In this document: positions 17,036-25,731 of the stretch, one piece after another | Numbering within the stretch: the stretch's first letter is position 1 | Layout of the letters: every line of letters starts with the position of its first letter | Sequence record: ON470583 | From: Escherichia phage vB_EcoS-689R5 | Length of the DNA: 36,681 bases | Reading direction: 5' to 3' (one strand) | Program-made: the position numbers and the translations under genes | The notes under the pieces: model-generated | Databases searched by the model: none | What the model was told of the DNA's origin: nothing | What the model saw: only the letters and a program-made list of their open reading frames with translations

Positions 17036-17401
17036 ATGACTGAACGCATAGAATTTGTTTTGCCTTACCCGCCGACGGTGAATACCTACTGGCGACGTCA
17101 TGGCAATACGTATTTCATCTCGGAAGCCGGAAAGCGTTATCGCCGTGATGTGGCGCTAATTGTTCGCCAGCAGCGGCTGAAATTAAGCCTGTCCGGAAGG
17201 CTGGCGATAAAGATTATTGCAGAGCCACCGGATAAGCGCCGCCGCGACCTGGACAATATCCTGAAGGCACCACTGGATGCGCTGACGCATGCCGGACTAC
17301 TTATAGACGACGAGCAGTTTGATGAAATCAATATTGTGCGCGGTCAGCTCGTTCCTGGTGGGCGGCTGGGGATAAAAATCACAGAACTGGAGTGCGCATG
17401 A
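17036..17401 (+). CDS. rusA: Holliday-junction resolvase RusA
   Basis: MTERIEFVLPYPPTVNTYWRRHGNTYFISEAGKRYRRDVA...DLDNILKAPLDALTHAGLLIDDEQ. Confidence 0.85.
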   Translation: MTERIEFVLPYPPTVNTYWRRHGNTYFISEAGKRYRRDVALIVRQQRLKLSLSGRLAIKIIAEPPDKRRRDLDNILKAPLDALTHAGLLIDDEQFDEINIVRGQLVPGGRLGIKITELECA

Positions 17402-18087
17402 ATAACCAGTATTTACAGTTTGTGCGTGAGCAGCTCATTATCGCCACCGCTGATTTGAGTGGGGCAACAAAAGGTCAGCTTGAAGCCTGGCAAGAGAATG
17501 CCATGTTCGATACAGGGCGTTACAGGCGAAAAAAAATCCGGTACCGCGATGAAGTGACTGGAAAAATGATAACGCGGGATAATCCACCAATCCCGGGAAA
17601 GCAATCGCTGGCGAAGGGGACGTCAATTCCTCTGGTCAGTCCGGTTGAGTTTTCGACATCATCGTGGCGGCGGGCTGTTCTGTCTCTTGAAGAACATCAT
17701 AAAGCCTGGTTGTTGTGGTGTTACAGCGGGAGTATTTGTTGGGAATATCAGATCGCGATAACACAGTGGGCGTGGAATGAATTTAATACTCAATCCGGTA
17801 CCAGAAAAATTGCAGGGAAAACGCAGGAACGCCTGAAAAAATTAATCTGGCTGGCGGCGCAGGCAGTAAAAGCAGAACTTTTTGGTGGGGAAGGTTATGA
17901 ATACCAGGAGCTGGCATTACTGGCGGGAGTGACAACTAAAAACTGGTCCAAAACATTTACTCGTCACTGGGTTGCAATGAAACACATTTTTCACCGACTT
18001 GATAGTGAGGCTTTATTGTTTGTAATGAGAACACGTTCAAAACAAAAGGCGGCATTTTCAAAGCAAAGTGTTGCAAAAGTAGATTGA
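17398..18087 (+). CDS. Late-gene antiterminator Q family protein
   Basis: Follows rusA and precedes a promoter/short-terminator pair and the lysis genes; 230 aa. Confidence 0.7.
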   Translation: MNNQYLQFVREQLIIATADLSGATKGQLEAWQENAMFDTGRYRRKKIRYRDEVTGKMITRDNPPIPGKQSLAKGTSIPLVSPVEFSTSSWRRAVLSLEEHHKAWLLWCYSGSICWEYQIAITQWAWNEFNTQSGTRKIAGKTQERLKKLIWLAAQAVKAELFGGEGYEYQELALLAGVTTKNWSKTFTRHWVAMKHIFHRLDSEALLFVMRTRSKQKAAFSKQSVAKVD

Positions 18088-18099
18088 AAGGCATATATT
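18071..18099 (+). promoter_or_regulatory. pR'-like late promoter (TTGCAA-17 bp-TATATT), presumed Q-utilisation region
   Basis: Consensus-like hexamers overlapping the 3' end of Q, about 55 nt upstream of a strong terminator. Confidence 0.55.
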
Positions 18100-18154
18100 T
18101 CATGCAAATCTGATATTTTGCCGATTTTGTACGTGATGGCAAAAGCAAACAAAA

Positions 18155-18176
18155 CCCGCCCACAAGCGGGTTTTTT
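18155..18176 (+). terminator. tR'-like rho-independent terminator
   Basis: CCCGC-CCACAA-GCGGG hairpin followed by UUUUUU. Confidence 0.75.
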
Positions 18177-18281
18177 GTGCCACTTATCTCGGATAGACAT
18201 GGTTAATGCGTTAGTGGAGGAGATAAGGGTGATTTTTGAATGCTTGCAACATTGATTTCGTAACGTTATTATCCTGCGCTC

Positions 18282-18357
18282 GGCCCTTTAGCTCAGTGGT
18301 GAGAGCGAGCGACTCATAATCGCCAGGTCGCTGGTTCAAATCCAGCAAGGGCCACCA
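18282..18357 (+). tRNA. tRNA-Ile2-like (anticodon CAU; ileX/ileZ-type, could also read as tRNA-Met)
   Basis: GGCCCUUUAGCUCAGUGGUGAGAGCGAGCGACUCAUAAUCGCCAGGUCGCUGGUUCAAAUCCAGCAAGGGCCACCA; clean cloverleaf with CUCAUAA anticodon loop. Confidence 0.8.
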
Positions 18358-18358
18358 G

Positions 18359-18435
18359 CCGCCACTAGCTCATCAGGAAAGAGCGTCAACCCTTTAAGTT
18401 GAGTGTGCGAGGTTCGAGTCCCCGGTGGCGGTCCA
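18359..18435 (+). tRNA. Atypical tRNA-like gene (anticodon loop CCUUUAA; isotype uncertain, possibly UUU/Lys-like or a pseudo-tRNA)
   Basis: Perfect 7-bp acceptor stem (CCGCCAC/GUGGCGG), U8-A9, D arm, TUCGAGU T-loop and encoded CCA; but C at position 33 and one T-stem mismatch. Confidence 0.5.
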
Positions 18436-18437
18436 GT

Positions 18438-18513
<76 letters not shown>

Positions 18514-18516
18514 TAT

Positions 18517-18591
<75 letters not shown>

Positions 18592-18597
18592 GTTAGA

Positions 18598-18643
18598 GTC
18601 TTTCAGTCTGCGATGATGGGAAATCCCGGAGTGACTGAAAGAC
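18598..18643. repeat. Perfect 11-bp inverted repeat (gtctttcagtc / gactgaaagac) with 24-nt spacer
   Basis: Read directly from the sequence immediately 3' of the tRNA cluster. Confidence 0.8.
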
Positions 18644-18650
18644 GTTTAAG

Positions 18651-18722
18651 TTATGAATGATCGCTTTTTTTGCAAAATTGCTGTGCAGAAATACTAACCT
18701 TCGGGCAGGCGATCATTCATAA
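18651..18722. repeat. Perfect 14-bp inverted repeat (ttatgaatgatcgc / gcgatcattcataa) with 44-nt spacer
   Basis: Read directly; followed by a further 8-bp inverted repeat (agcactct / agagtgct, 18722-18774). Confidence 0.8.
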
Positions 18723-18796
18723 GCACTCTGCTTTTATTCCGATTAACTGTGGGTGGTTTGTTGGATAGAGTGCTTCCCTTACTGTATATATCGTTT

Positions 18797-18822
18797 CGCC
18801 CGCTTTTGCGGGTTTTTCTTTT
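18797..18822 (+). terminator. Rho-independent terminator-like hairpin just upstream of the holin gene
   Basis: CCCGC-UUUU-GCGGG followed by UUUUUCUUUU. Confidence 0.65.
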
Positions 18823-18882
18823 CAAATCCCTTTCATTTCTCAGTGTAAAACTACGCCATCCGTTATTTGCGGAGGTGAGGCT

Positions 18883-19098
18883 ATGAAATCCATGGACAAA
18901 ATTTCAACGGGCATTGCCTACGGCACCTCCGCAGGCAGTGCTGGCTACTGGTTTTTACAGTGGCTTGATCAGGTCAGTCCGTCACAGTGGGCTGCGATTG
19001 GTGTACTGGGGAGTCTGGTTCTGGGCTTCCTGACTTATCTGACAAATCTGTACTTCAAAATCAGAGAAGACAAGCGTAAGGCTGCACGGGGAGAGTAA
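18883..19098 (+). CDS. Pinholin (phage 21 S-type), dual-start motif
   Basis: [71 protein letters not shown]; two in-frame starts (M1, M4) and two TM segments. Confidence 0.8.
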   Translation: MKSMDKISTGIAYGTSAGSAGYWFLQWLDQVSPSQWAAIGVLGSLVLGFLTYLTNLYFKIREDKRKAARGE

Positions 19099-19102
19099 TT
19101 CA

Positions 19103-19453
19103 ATGACTCAAAACTATGAACTGATTGTGAAAGGGATCCGCAATTTTGAGAATAAAGTTACGGTAACTTTAGCGTTACGGGACAAAAAACGCTTTGACGG
19201 CGAAATTTTTGACCTGGACATCTCGCTGGACCGTGTTGAAGGTGCCGCGCTGGAGTTTTATGAGGCAGCAGCCAGAAGGAGCATCAGACAGGTCTTCCTG
19301 GATGTTGCTGCCGGGTTATGTGAAGGGGATGAGCAGTCGCCGGAAAAGCGCCCCGTAATTTTAGAGGCGCAGAATGTGTGGATAACCTACAAAGGAAAGC
19401 TACCAGGAAGAATTACTGGTTCTCTGAAGACTCCTCCGGAATCACAACCTTAA
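19103..19453 (+). CDS. YdfR-like hypothetical protein inserted between holin and endolysin
   Basis: 116-aa ORF MTQNYELIVKGIRNFENKVTVTLALRDKKRFDGEIFDLD...; same position as ydfR between essQ and rrrQ in Qin. Confidence 0.5.
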   Translation: MTQNYELIVKGIRNFENKVTVTLALRDKKRFDGEIFDLDISLDRVEGAALEFYEAAARRSIRQVFLDVAAGLCEGDEQSPEKRPVILEAQNVWITYKGKLPGRITGSLKTPPESQP

Positions 19454-19516
19454 GTCACTGACCGGAACAGATAAACCTGTCCGTGGGCAGAAACCGATAA
19501 ATCCTGATAAATATCC

Positions 19517-20050
19517 ATGAACGCAAAAATCAGATACGGCCTGTCGGCTGCCGTTCTGGCACTGATTGCCGTCGGTGCGCCCGCGCCTGATATTCTCGAC
19601 CAGTTTCTGGATGAAAAAGAAGGTAACCACACAACGGCATACCGCGATGGTTCCGGCATCTGGACCATCTGTCGGGGTGCCACGATGGTGGATGGAAAAC
19701 CCGTTTTTCCCGGTATGAAACTGTCGAAGGAAAAATGCGACCAGGTCAACGCCATTGAGCGTGATAAGGCGCTGGCATGGGTGGAGCGCAATATTAAAGT
19801 ACCACTGACCGAACCACAAAAAGCGGGTATCGCGTCATTTTGTCCCTATAACATTGGCCCCGGTAAGTGTTTTCCATCGACGTTTTATAAGCGGCTGAAT
19901 GCTGGTGATCGTAAGGGCGCATGCGAGGCGATTCGCTGGTGGATAAAAGATGGTGGGCGCGATTGCCGCATACGTTCAAATAACTGCTATGGACAGGTTA
20001 TTCGTCGTGACCAGGAAAGCGCATTAGCCTGTTGGGGAATAGATCAGTGA
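19517..20050 (+). CDS. SAR endolysin (T4-lysozyme-like muramidase with N-terminal signal-arrest-release segment)
   Basis: N-terminal [17 protein letters not shown] hydrophobic SAR segment; E...D...T catalytic spacing in [16 protein letters not shown]. Confidence 0.8.
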   Translation: MNAKIRYGLSAAVLALIAVGAPAPDILDQFLDEKEGNHTTAYRDGSGIWTICRGATMVDGKPVFPGMKLSKEKCDQVNAIERDKALAWVERNIKVPLTEPQKAGIASFCPYNIGPGKCFPSTFYKRLNAGDRKGACEAIRWWIKDGGRDCRIRSNNCYGQVIRRDQESALACWGIDQ

Positions 20051-20514
20051 GCAGAGTCGCCGCGATTATTTATGCTCTGGTTATCTGCATCATCGTCTGC
20101 CTGTCGTGGGCGGTCAATCATTACCGTGATAACGCCATCACCTACAAAGAACAGCGTGATAAAAAAGTCAGTGAGCTGAAGCAGCTGACCGCCACCATCG
20201 CTGACATGCAGCAGCGTCAGCGTGATGTTGCTGCGCTCGATGCAAAGTACTCGAGAGAATTAGCCAATGCGAAAGCTGAAAATGAAACTCTGCGCGCTGA
20301 TGTTGCCGCTGGTCGTAAGCGCCTGCGGGTCAATGCCAGTTGCTCCGCAGCCGTGCGTGAAGCCACCGGACCCACCAGCGTGGATAATGCAACCAGCCCC
20401 AGACTGGCAGACACCGCTGAACGGGATTATTTCACCCTCAGAGAACGGTTGATGACGATGCAGAAGCAACTGGAAGGGGCACAGCTATACATTCGTGAGC
20501 AATGTCTCAGATAA
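20047..20514 (+). CDS. Rz: Rz i-spanin
   Basis: GTG start overlapping the R stop; N-terminal TM ([20 protein letters not shown]) followed by coiled-coil-like sequence; Rz1 embedded. Confidence 0.75.
   Translation: MSRVAAIIYALVICIIVCLSWAVNHYRDNAITYKEQRDKKVSELKQLTATIADMQQRQRDVAALDAKYSRELANAKAENETLRADVAAGRKRLRVNASCSAAVREATGPTSVDNATSPRLADTAERDYFTLRERLMTMQKQLEGAQLYIREQCLR
20267..20452 (+). CDS. Rz1: Rz1 o-spanin (outer-membrane lipoprotein) embedded in the +1 frame of Rz
   Basis: [61 protein letters not shown]; lipobox VSAC and proline-rich mature part. Confidence 0.85.
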   Translation: MRKLKMKLCALMLPLVVSACGSMPVAPQPCVKPPDPPAWIMQPAPDWQTPLNGIISPSENG

Positions 20515-20669
20515 AAACCGGCCAAGGATAATCCGCTAAAGATTCGCCGGTGGCGAAAGAGAGCCAAGGTGTCAACCTACGCTATTACTTATGATAATGC
20601 AACAGACGAAGCGGGACATATTGGCGCATAACAAATCAGTGCAGGCTAACTGCAGGAAGAACTTAGGGC

Positions 20670-20936
20670 GTGAACGTAGAAAACCTAAGTAACGCACATT
20701 ACATCTATAACGAGATGAAAGAGCTACAGCGACAGAAAGGTATACTGGAAAGTGGTGCAGGGCTTGGTGTGACAATCCAGTCTGCCTATCAATATAGTGC
20801 TTTTCTTGAGGCCATACGCCCGCATGCAGTTGCTGAACTTAACAGCCGTATTGAGGAAAAGAAATCCGCGCTGGTTAATTTGGGTGCTTCCTTCTCTATA
20901 TACGAGCATAATAAGGCGGGTTGGAAACCCGCCTAA
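20670..20936 (+). CDS. Hypothetical protein (88 aa), first gene of an AT-rich moron after the lysis cassette
   Basis: GTG-initiated ORF MNVENLSNAHYIYNEMKELQRQKG...; its 3' end forms a hairpin shared with the convergent gene. Confidence 0.4.
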   Translation: MNVENLSNAHYIYNEMKELQRQKGILESGAGLGVTIQSAYQYSAFLEAIRPHAVAELNSRIEEKKSALVNLGASFSIYEHNKAGWKPA

Positions 20937-20941
20937 AGCAC

Positions 20942-21481
20942 TTAGAAACTGCGTGGAGCTGTGGAAAGAATGGATGCCAGTTCTTCCTTCGATAAATCCC
21001 AGCTTCGATTTACAGCGTCAATTTTCTTAAACTCATCAAGCATTGCGTTATAGAGATGTTCTGTACGTGAATGAGTATTGGCAATGGGCTGTTTCTGTTC
21101 GGGGAAGCGATCAATTTTCTGATATGCCTCAATGATACTGAAGTAATCGCATTCATTATGACCGTCGAAACCTGGGAGCTGAATTTCCCCATCATGTATT
21201 TTTAGATGATGGTCACGGACTAATTCTTTTTGCTCGTCATCACTAAGTTTCCTGAAAGCATTGGAAAGTCCGCGGTACATATTCAAGACAGCAGTAACAA
21301 AATCACGATCTTCTTTACTTGGTTCATCAACATCCAAATGTGAATATTCGGCCTTCATAACCCAATCATTACCAGATGACACAGCATATTTTACAAGCTG
21401 TGGATCAATATCAGTTTCGATACCTAGGTGGATGGCAATGTCACATAACAAAATGGTATTGATTTTATCCTTAATATCCAT
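20942..21481 (-). CDS. YfbU-family (UPF0304)-like protein, reverse-strand moron
   Basis: 179-aa ORF with segments resembling YfbU (MYRGL..., LPGFDG..., THSRTEHLYNAMLDEF..., LSKEELASIL); about 40 percent GC against about 55 percent in flanking genes. Confidence 0.45.
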   Translation of the reverse strand: MDIKDKINTILLCDIAIHLGIETDIDPQLVKYAVSSGNDWVMKAEYSHLDVDEPSKEDRDFVTAVLNMYRGLSNAFRKLSDDEQKELVRDHHLKIHDGEIQLPGFDGHNECDYFSIIEAYQKIDRFPEQKQPIANTHSRTEHLYNAMLDEFKKIDAVNRSWDLSKEELASILSTAPRSF

Positions 21482-21619
21482 GAGTTAACCCTCTGAAGTA
21501 AAAAGTAATATCTACACCCGTTAGCTCATGAAGTCTATTGATCTGGCTCATATCAGCGGCAAATCTATTTCATGGAGATACTCAATGCAGGTCACTTTTG
21601 ATTTATATAAGGGCGAAAC

Positions 21620-21970
21620 ATGCCAGCACTAATCCCACGAGCCTGCCGTAAACGTGGATGTGCAGGTACAACCACAGACAGTTCTGGTTACTGCGATAAA
21701 CATCGTGGCGAAGGATGGGTACAGCATCAGCGCGGACTGAGTCGCCACCAGCGTGGCTATGGCTCGAAATGGGATGCCATACGTGCGCGCATACTGAAGC
21801 GTGATAATGATCTGTGTCAGAACTGCCTGCGCAATGGGAGAGCCGTTGAAGCCAGAACTGTGGACCACATCATTCCGAAAGCTCATGGTGGCTCGGATGC
21901 AGACAGTAACCTGCAGAGTCTGTGCTGGCCCTGCCATAAAGCAAAAACAGCGCGCGAACGCATCAATTGA
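21620..21970 (+). CDS. HNH endonuclease (terminase-associated)
   Basis: MPALIPRACRKRGCAGTT...VDHIIPKAHGGSDADSNLQSLCWPCHKAKT; directly upstream of terminase small subunit. Confidence 0.85.
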   Translation: MPALIPRACRKRGCAGTTTDSSGYCDKHRGEGWVQHQRGLSRHQRGYGSKWDAIRARILKRDNDLCQNCLRNGRAVEARTVDHIIPKAHGGSDADSNLQSLCWPCHKAKTARERIN

Positions 21971-22117
21971 TAACAGTTCCCATCTGTAGGGGAGGGGTGG
22001 GTCAAATCCCTGCAGCCCTGGCTGCTCAGTACCGCCGCCTGACCTTTCCTCGCATCGCCGCAGGTTCGAAAACTTTTTTTTGGAATGTGATTAAATGATT
22101 GATAGGTAAAACCGATT

Positions 22118-22600
22118 ATGTCTGGACCCCCGAAAATCCCGCCACGCCTGCATTTGATACGAGGCAACCCCTCAAAGCGGCCAGTTAAAGACCTCAAAAA
22201 AACCGCTAAAAAGGATGAAAAAGGTCTCCCTAAAATTCCGCAACATTTAGGGGCGCAGGGGAAGTACTGGTTCAGGCGAATGGCGGAAGAGCTGAATGCG
22301 GAAGGGATCATTTCTCAGCTTGATGCGCGTGCGCTCGAGTTACTGGTGGAAGCCTATACCGAATACCGGCATCACTGCGAAACACTCGATGTTGAGGGGT
22401 ACACCTACCGCTCGGAAACGCAGAACGGTGATGTGCTGATTAAGGCACACCCGGCTGCTGCGATGAAAGCGGATGCCTGGAAGCGGATCCGGGCGATGCT
22501 TGCAGAATTTGGTATGTCACCGGCAAGCCGGGCAAAAGTAAATACCGCCGGACCGGATAATGTTGATCCGCTGGCAGAGCTTTTAAAAGCGAGAGACTGA
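22118..22600 (+). CDS. Terminase small subunit (P27-like)
   Basis: 160-aa ORF between HNH and the large terminase; stop overlaps the TerL start. Confidence 0.75.
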   Translation: MSGPPKIPPRLHLIRGNPSKRPVKDLKKTAKKDEKGLPKIPQHLGAQGKYWFRRMAEELNAEGIISQLDARALELLVEAYTEYRHHCETLDVEGYTYRSETQNGDVLIKAHPAAAMKADAWKRIRAMLAEFGMSPASRAKVNTAGPDNVDPLAELLKARD

Positions 22601-24357
22601 TGGCAAAAGTGGCTGACGGGATCCGCTACGCCGAACGTGTTGTTGCAGGAGAAATTGTTGCTGGCGAATTTGTCCGCCTGGCCTGCCAGCGTTTTCTTGA
22701 TGATCTGAAGTACGGCGAAAAGCGGGGGATTTATTTCAGTGAACCCCGTGCGCAGCACATCCTGAATTTCTACAAATTTGTGCCTCATGTAAAAGGGGCA
22801 CTGGCAGGCCAGCCCATTGAGTTGATGGACTGGCATGTATTTATCCTCATTAATATTTTTGGTTTTGTCATTCCGCTGGTCAATGAAGAAACCGGGGAAG
22901 TTGTCATGCGCAGCGATGGCAGCGGACGTCCGGTGATGGTGCGCCGGTTCCGGACGGCGTACAACGAAGTCGCCCGTAAAAACGCAAAATCAACACTGTC
23001 ATCGGGTATCGGCCTGTATATGACGGGGGCAGATAGTGAAGGCGGAGCTGAGGTGTATTCAGCCGCAACCACGCGTGACCAGGCCAGAATCGTGTTTGAA
23101 GACGCCAAAAATATGGTCAGAAAAGCCCGGTCGACACTCGGGCGGTTGTTTGATTTCAACAAGCTGGCGATTTACCAGGAGCAGAGCGCATCAAAATTTG
23201 AACCGCTTTCCTCGGATGCAAACAACCTGGACGGTCTGAACATCCACTGCGCCATTATTGATGAGCTGCATGCACATAAAACCCGCGACGTGTGGGACGT
23301 TCTGGAAACGGCAACCGGTGCCCGTCTGCAGTCCCTGTTATTTGGTATCACCACGGCTGGCTTTAACAAGGAAGGGATTTGTTACGAGCAGCGTGATTAC
23401 GCCATCAAGGTATTGCGAGGCTATAACAGCGACGTGGAGGGCGCTGTAAAAGACGACTCTTACTTTGCGATCATTTACACGCTTGATGAGGGAGATGATC
23501 CGTTTGATGAAACGGTCTGGCAGAAAGCGAATCCTGGCCTGGGCATCTGTAAACGCTGGGATGATCTGCGTCGTCTGGCGAAAAAAGCGAAGGAGCAGGT
23601 CTCTGCGCGGGTGAATTTTTTTACCAAACACATGAATGTGTGGGTCACTGCCGAATCTGCCTGGATGGATATGATTAAGTGGGAGAAGTGCGAATACATT
23701 GCTCCACAACATGAGCTGAAAACATATCCCATGTGGGTCGGCGTCGACCTTGCTCATAAGATTGATATCTGTGCGGCGGCAAAACTCTGGCGAACCGATA
23801 ACGGACATGTTCATGCTGATTTTAAATTCTGGCTTCCGGAAGGACGGCTGGAACGATGCTCGCGGCAGCAGGCAGAACTTTACCGGAAGTGGGCGGAGAT
23901 GGATAAGCTCATCCTGACGGATGGTGATGTTATCGATCATGCACAGATAAAAAGTGACTTACTGGAATGGATTGGCGGTGAAAACCTCAGGGAACTGGGA
24001 TTTGACCCGTGGAGCGCAATGCAGTTCAGCCTGGCACTGGCTGAAGAAGGGATACCGCTGGTGGAGGTTCCGCAGACGGTCCGCAATCTGTCAGAGGCCA
24101 TGAAGGAAACGGAATCACTGGTTTATGCCGGGCGTTTCCATCACAGCAATCATCCGGTCATGAACTGGATGATGTCTAACGTTACTGTAAAACCGGACAA
24201 AAACGACAACATCTTCCCGAATAAATCCACGCCGGAAGCCAAAATCGACGGCCCTGTTGCGCTTTTTACAGCCATGAGCCGCTTTCTGGTAAATGGAGGG
24301 GGCGTGAATGACTTTCTGTCCACGCTTGATCCTGATGAGGACCTGTTAATTCTGTGA
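22600..24357 (+). CDS. Terminase large subunit
   Basis: 585-aa ORF in the canonical position before portal. Confidence 0.85.
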   Translation: MAKVADGIRYAERVVAGEIVAGEFVRLACQRFLDDLKYGEKRGIYFSEPRAQHILNFYKFVPHVKGALAGQPIELMDWHVFILINIFGFVIPLVNEETGEVVMRSDGSGRPVMVRRFRTAYNEVARKNAKSTLSSGIGLYMTGADSEGGAEVYSAATTRDQARIVFEDAKNMVRKARSTLGRLFDFNKLAIYQEQSASKFEPLSSDANNLDGLNIHCAIIDELHAHKTRDVWDVLETATGARLQSLLFGITTAGFNKEGICYEQRDYAIKVLRGYNSDVEGAVKDDSYFAIIYTLDEGDDPFDETVWQKANPGLGICKRWDDLRRLAKKAKEQVSARVNFFTKHMNVWVTAESAWMDMIKWEKCEYIAPQHELKTYPMWVGVDLAHKIDICAAAKLWRTDNGHVHADFKFWLPEGRLERCSRQQAELYRKWAEMDKLILTDGDVIDHAQIKSDLLEWIGGENLRELGFDPWSAMQFSLALAEEGIPLVEVPQTVRNLSEAMKETESLVYAGRFHHSNHPVMNWMMSNVTVKPDKNDNIFPNKSTPEAKIDGPVALFTAMSRFLVNGGGVNDFLSTLDPDEDLLIL

Positions 24358-24515
24358 AACAGCTTATTACTGATATGACCGGGCTGATCGGTTTCGGTTT
24401 GCTCACTGCTGGCGTTTATCTGTATGCAGGTCTGCCAGCGTCTCTGATGCTGTCGGGCTGTTTGTTGCTGCTTTATGCACTGGTGGTGTCCATGAGGAGA
24501 AAACATGCTTCTTGA
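24354..24515 (+). CDS. Small predicted membrane protein (53 aa, two hydrophobic segments) between terminase and portal; absent from the ORF track
   Basis: Manual translation MKQLITDMTGLIGFGLLTAGVYLYAGLPASLMLSGCLLLLYALVVSMRRKHAS; overlaps both neighbours by a few nt. Confidence 0.4.
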   Translation: MKQLITDMTGLIGFGLLTAGVYLYAGLPASLMLSGCLLLLYALVVSMRRKHAS

Positions 24516-25731
24516 TGCTCTGTTTCGCAGTGAGCCTCTGGAAAATCCCTCGGTTCCGGTAACCGGAGAGGCCGCTGAGACGGATAATATTTTTGCCCGG
24601 GATGTGTATGTCAGTCCGGAAACATCCATGAAGCTGGCTGCTGTCTATGCCTGTATTTATGTTATTTCATCCAGTGTGGCTCAGATGCCCCTGCATGTGA
24701 TGCGAAAAACGAATGAGCATGTTCAGCCGGCACGCGATCATCCGTTGTTCTGGCTCGTTCATGATGAACCTAATGCCTGGCAGACCAGCTATAAGTGGCG
24801 GGAACTGAAGCAGCGTCATGTGCTGGGGTGGGGCAATGGTTATACGTGGGTAAAACGTAATCGTCGTGGAGAGGTTACCAGCCTTGAATGCTGTATGCCA
24901 TGGGAAACCACGTTACTTAACACCGGTGGGCGTCATACTTACGGGGTGTATAACGAAGAGGGTGCATTTGCGGTAAGTCCGGACGACATGATCCATATCA
25001 GGGCGCTGGGAAACAATCAGAAAATGGGACTGAGCCCGATCATGCAGCATGCTGAAACCATTGGTATGGGAATGAGTGGCCAGCAGTATACCAGCGCCTT
25101 TTTTAACGGTAATGCCCGTCCTGCCGGTATTATTTCTGTGAAAAATGAACTGAACGAACAAAGCTGGGGCAGGCTTAAAAATATGTGGCAGCGGGCGGTG
25201 ACAGCGCTTCGCAGCCAGGAAAATAAAACCATGTTGCTGCCTGCGCAACTGGATTACCGCGCTCTGACAGTTTCTCCGGTGGATGCTCAGATCATTGATA
25301 TGACCAAGCTGAACCGGTCGATGATTGCCGGGATTTTTAATGTCCCGGCGCACATGATTAATGACCTGGAAAAAGCCACATTTTCGAATATTACGCAGCA
25401 GGCGATTCAGTTTGTTCGCTACACGATGATGCCCTGGGTTGCGAACTGGGAGCAGGAGCTTAACCGTCGCCTGTTTACCCGTACAGAACGGGCTGCCGGG
25501 TATTACGTTCGTTTCAACCTCACGGGGTTGCTCCGTGGGACCCCACAGGAGCGTGCGCAGTTCTATCACTTTGCCATTACAGATGGCTGGATGAGTCGGA
25601 ATGAAGCCAGGGCATTTGAGGATATGAACCCGGTTGACGGTCTGGATGAAATGCTGGTCAGCGTAAATGCAGCAAATCCGTTGAATAACTTTAAAGATAC
25701 GAAAGGCAAAGAGGAAAAGAACGATGAATGA
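24505..25731 (+). CDS. Portal protein (HK97 family)
   Basis: 408-aa ORF after the terminase, followed by prohead protease and major capsid. Confidence 0.85.
   Translation: MLLDALFRSEPLENPSVPVTGEAAETDNIFARDVYVSPETSMKLAAVYACIYVISSSVAQMPLHVMRKTNEHVQPARDHPLFWLVHDEPNAWQTSYKWRELKQRHVLGWGNGYTWVKRNRRGEVTSLECCMPWETTLLNTGGRHTYGVYNEEGAFAVSPDDMIHIRALGNNQKMGLSPIMQHAETIGMGMSGQQYTSAFFNGNARPAGIISVKNELNEQSWGRLKNMWQRAVTALRSQENKTMLLPAQLDYRALTVSPVDAQIIDMTKLNRSMIAGIFNVPAHMINDLEKATFSNITQQAIQFVRYTMMPWVANWEQELNRRLFTRTERAAGYYVRFNLTGLLRGTPQERAQFYHFAITDGWMSRNEARAFEDMNPVDGLDEMLVSVNAANPLNNFKDTKGKEEKNDE

Noticed and set aside
18359-18435. Second tRNA as tRNA-Arg (argN/argO-like, as in Stx phages)
   Set aside because: The anticodon loop reads CCUUUAA, which does not give UCU or CCU in the standard register; isotype left open.
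18592-18882. Shiga-toxin or other toxin genes between Q/tRNAs and the holin
   Set aside because: Only about 290 bp of non-coding sequence lies here; there is no ORF of stxA/stxB size.
22405-25569. Long reverse-strand ORFs (143, 125, 200, 218 aa) inside terminase and portal genes
   Set aside because: Embedded antisense in well-supported structural genes; no SD or promoter, composition mirrors the sense strand.
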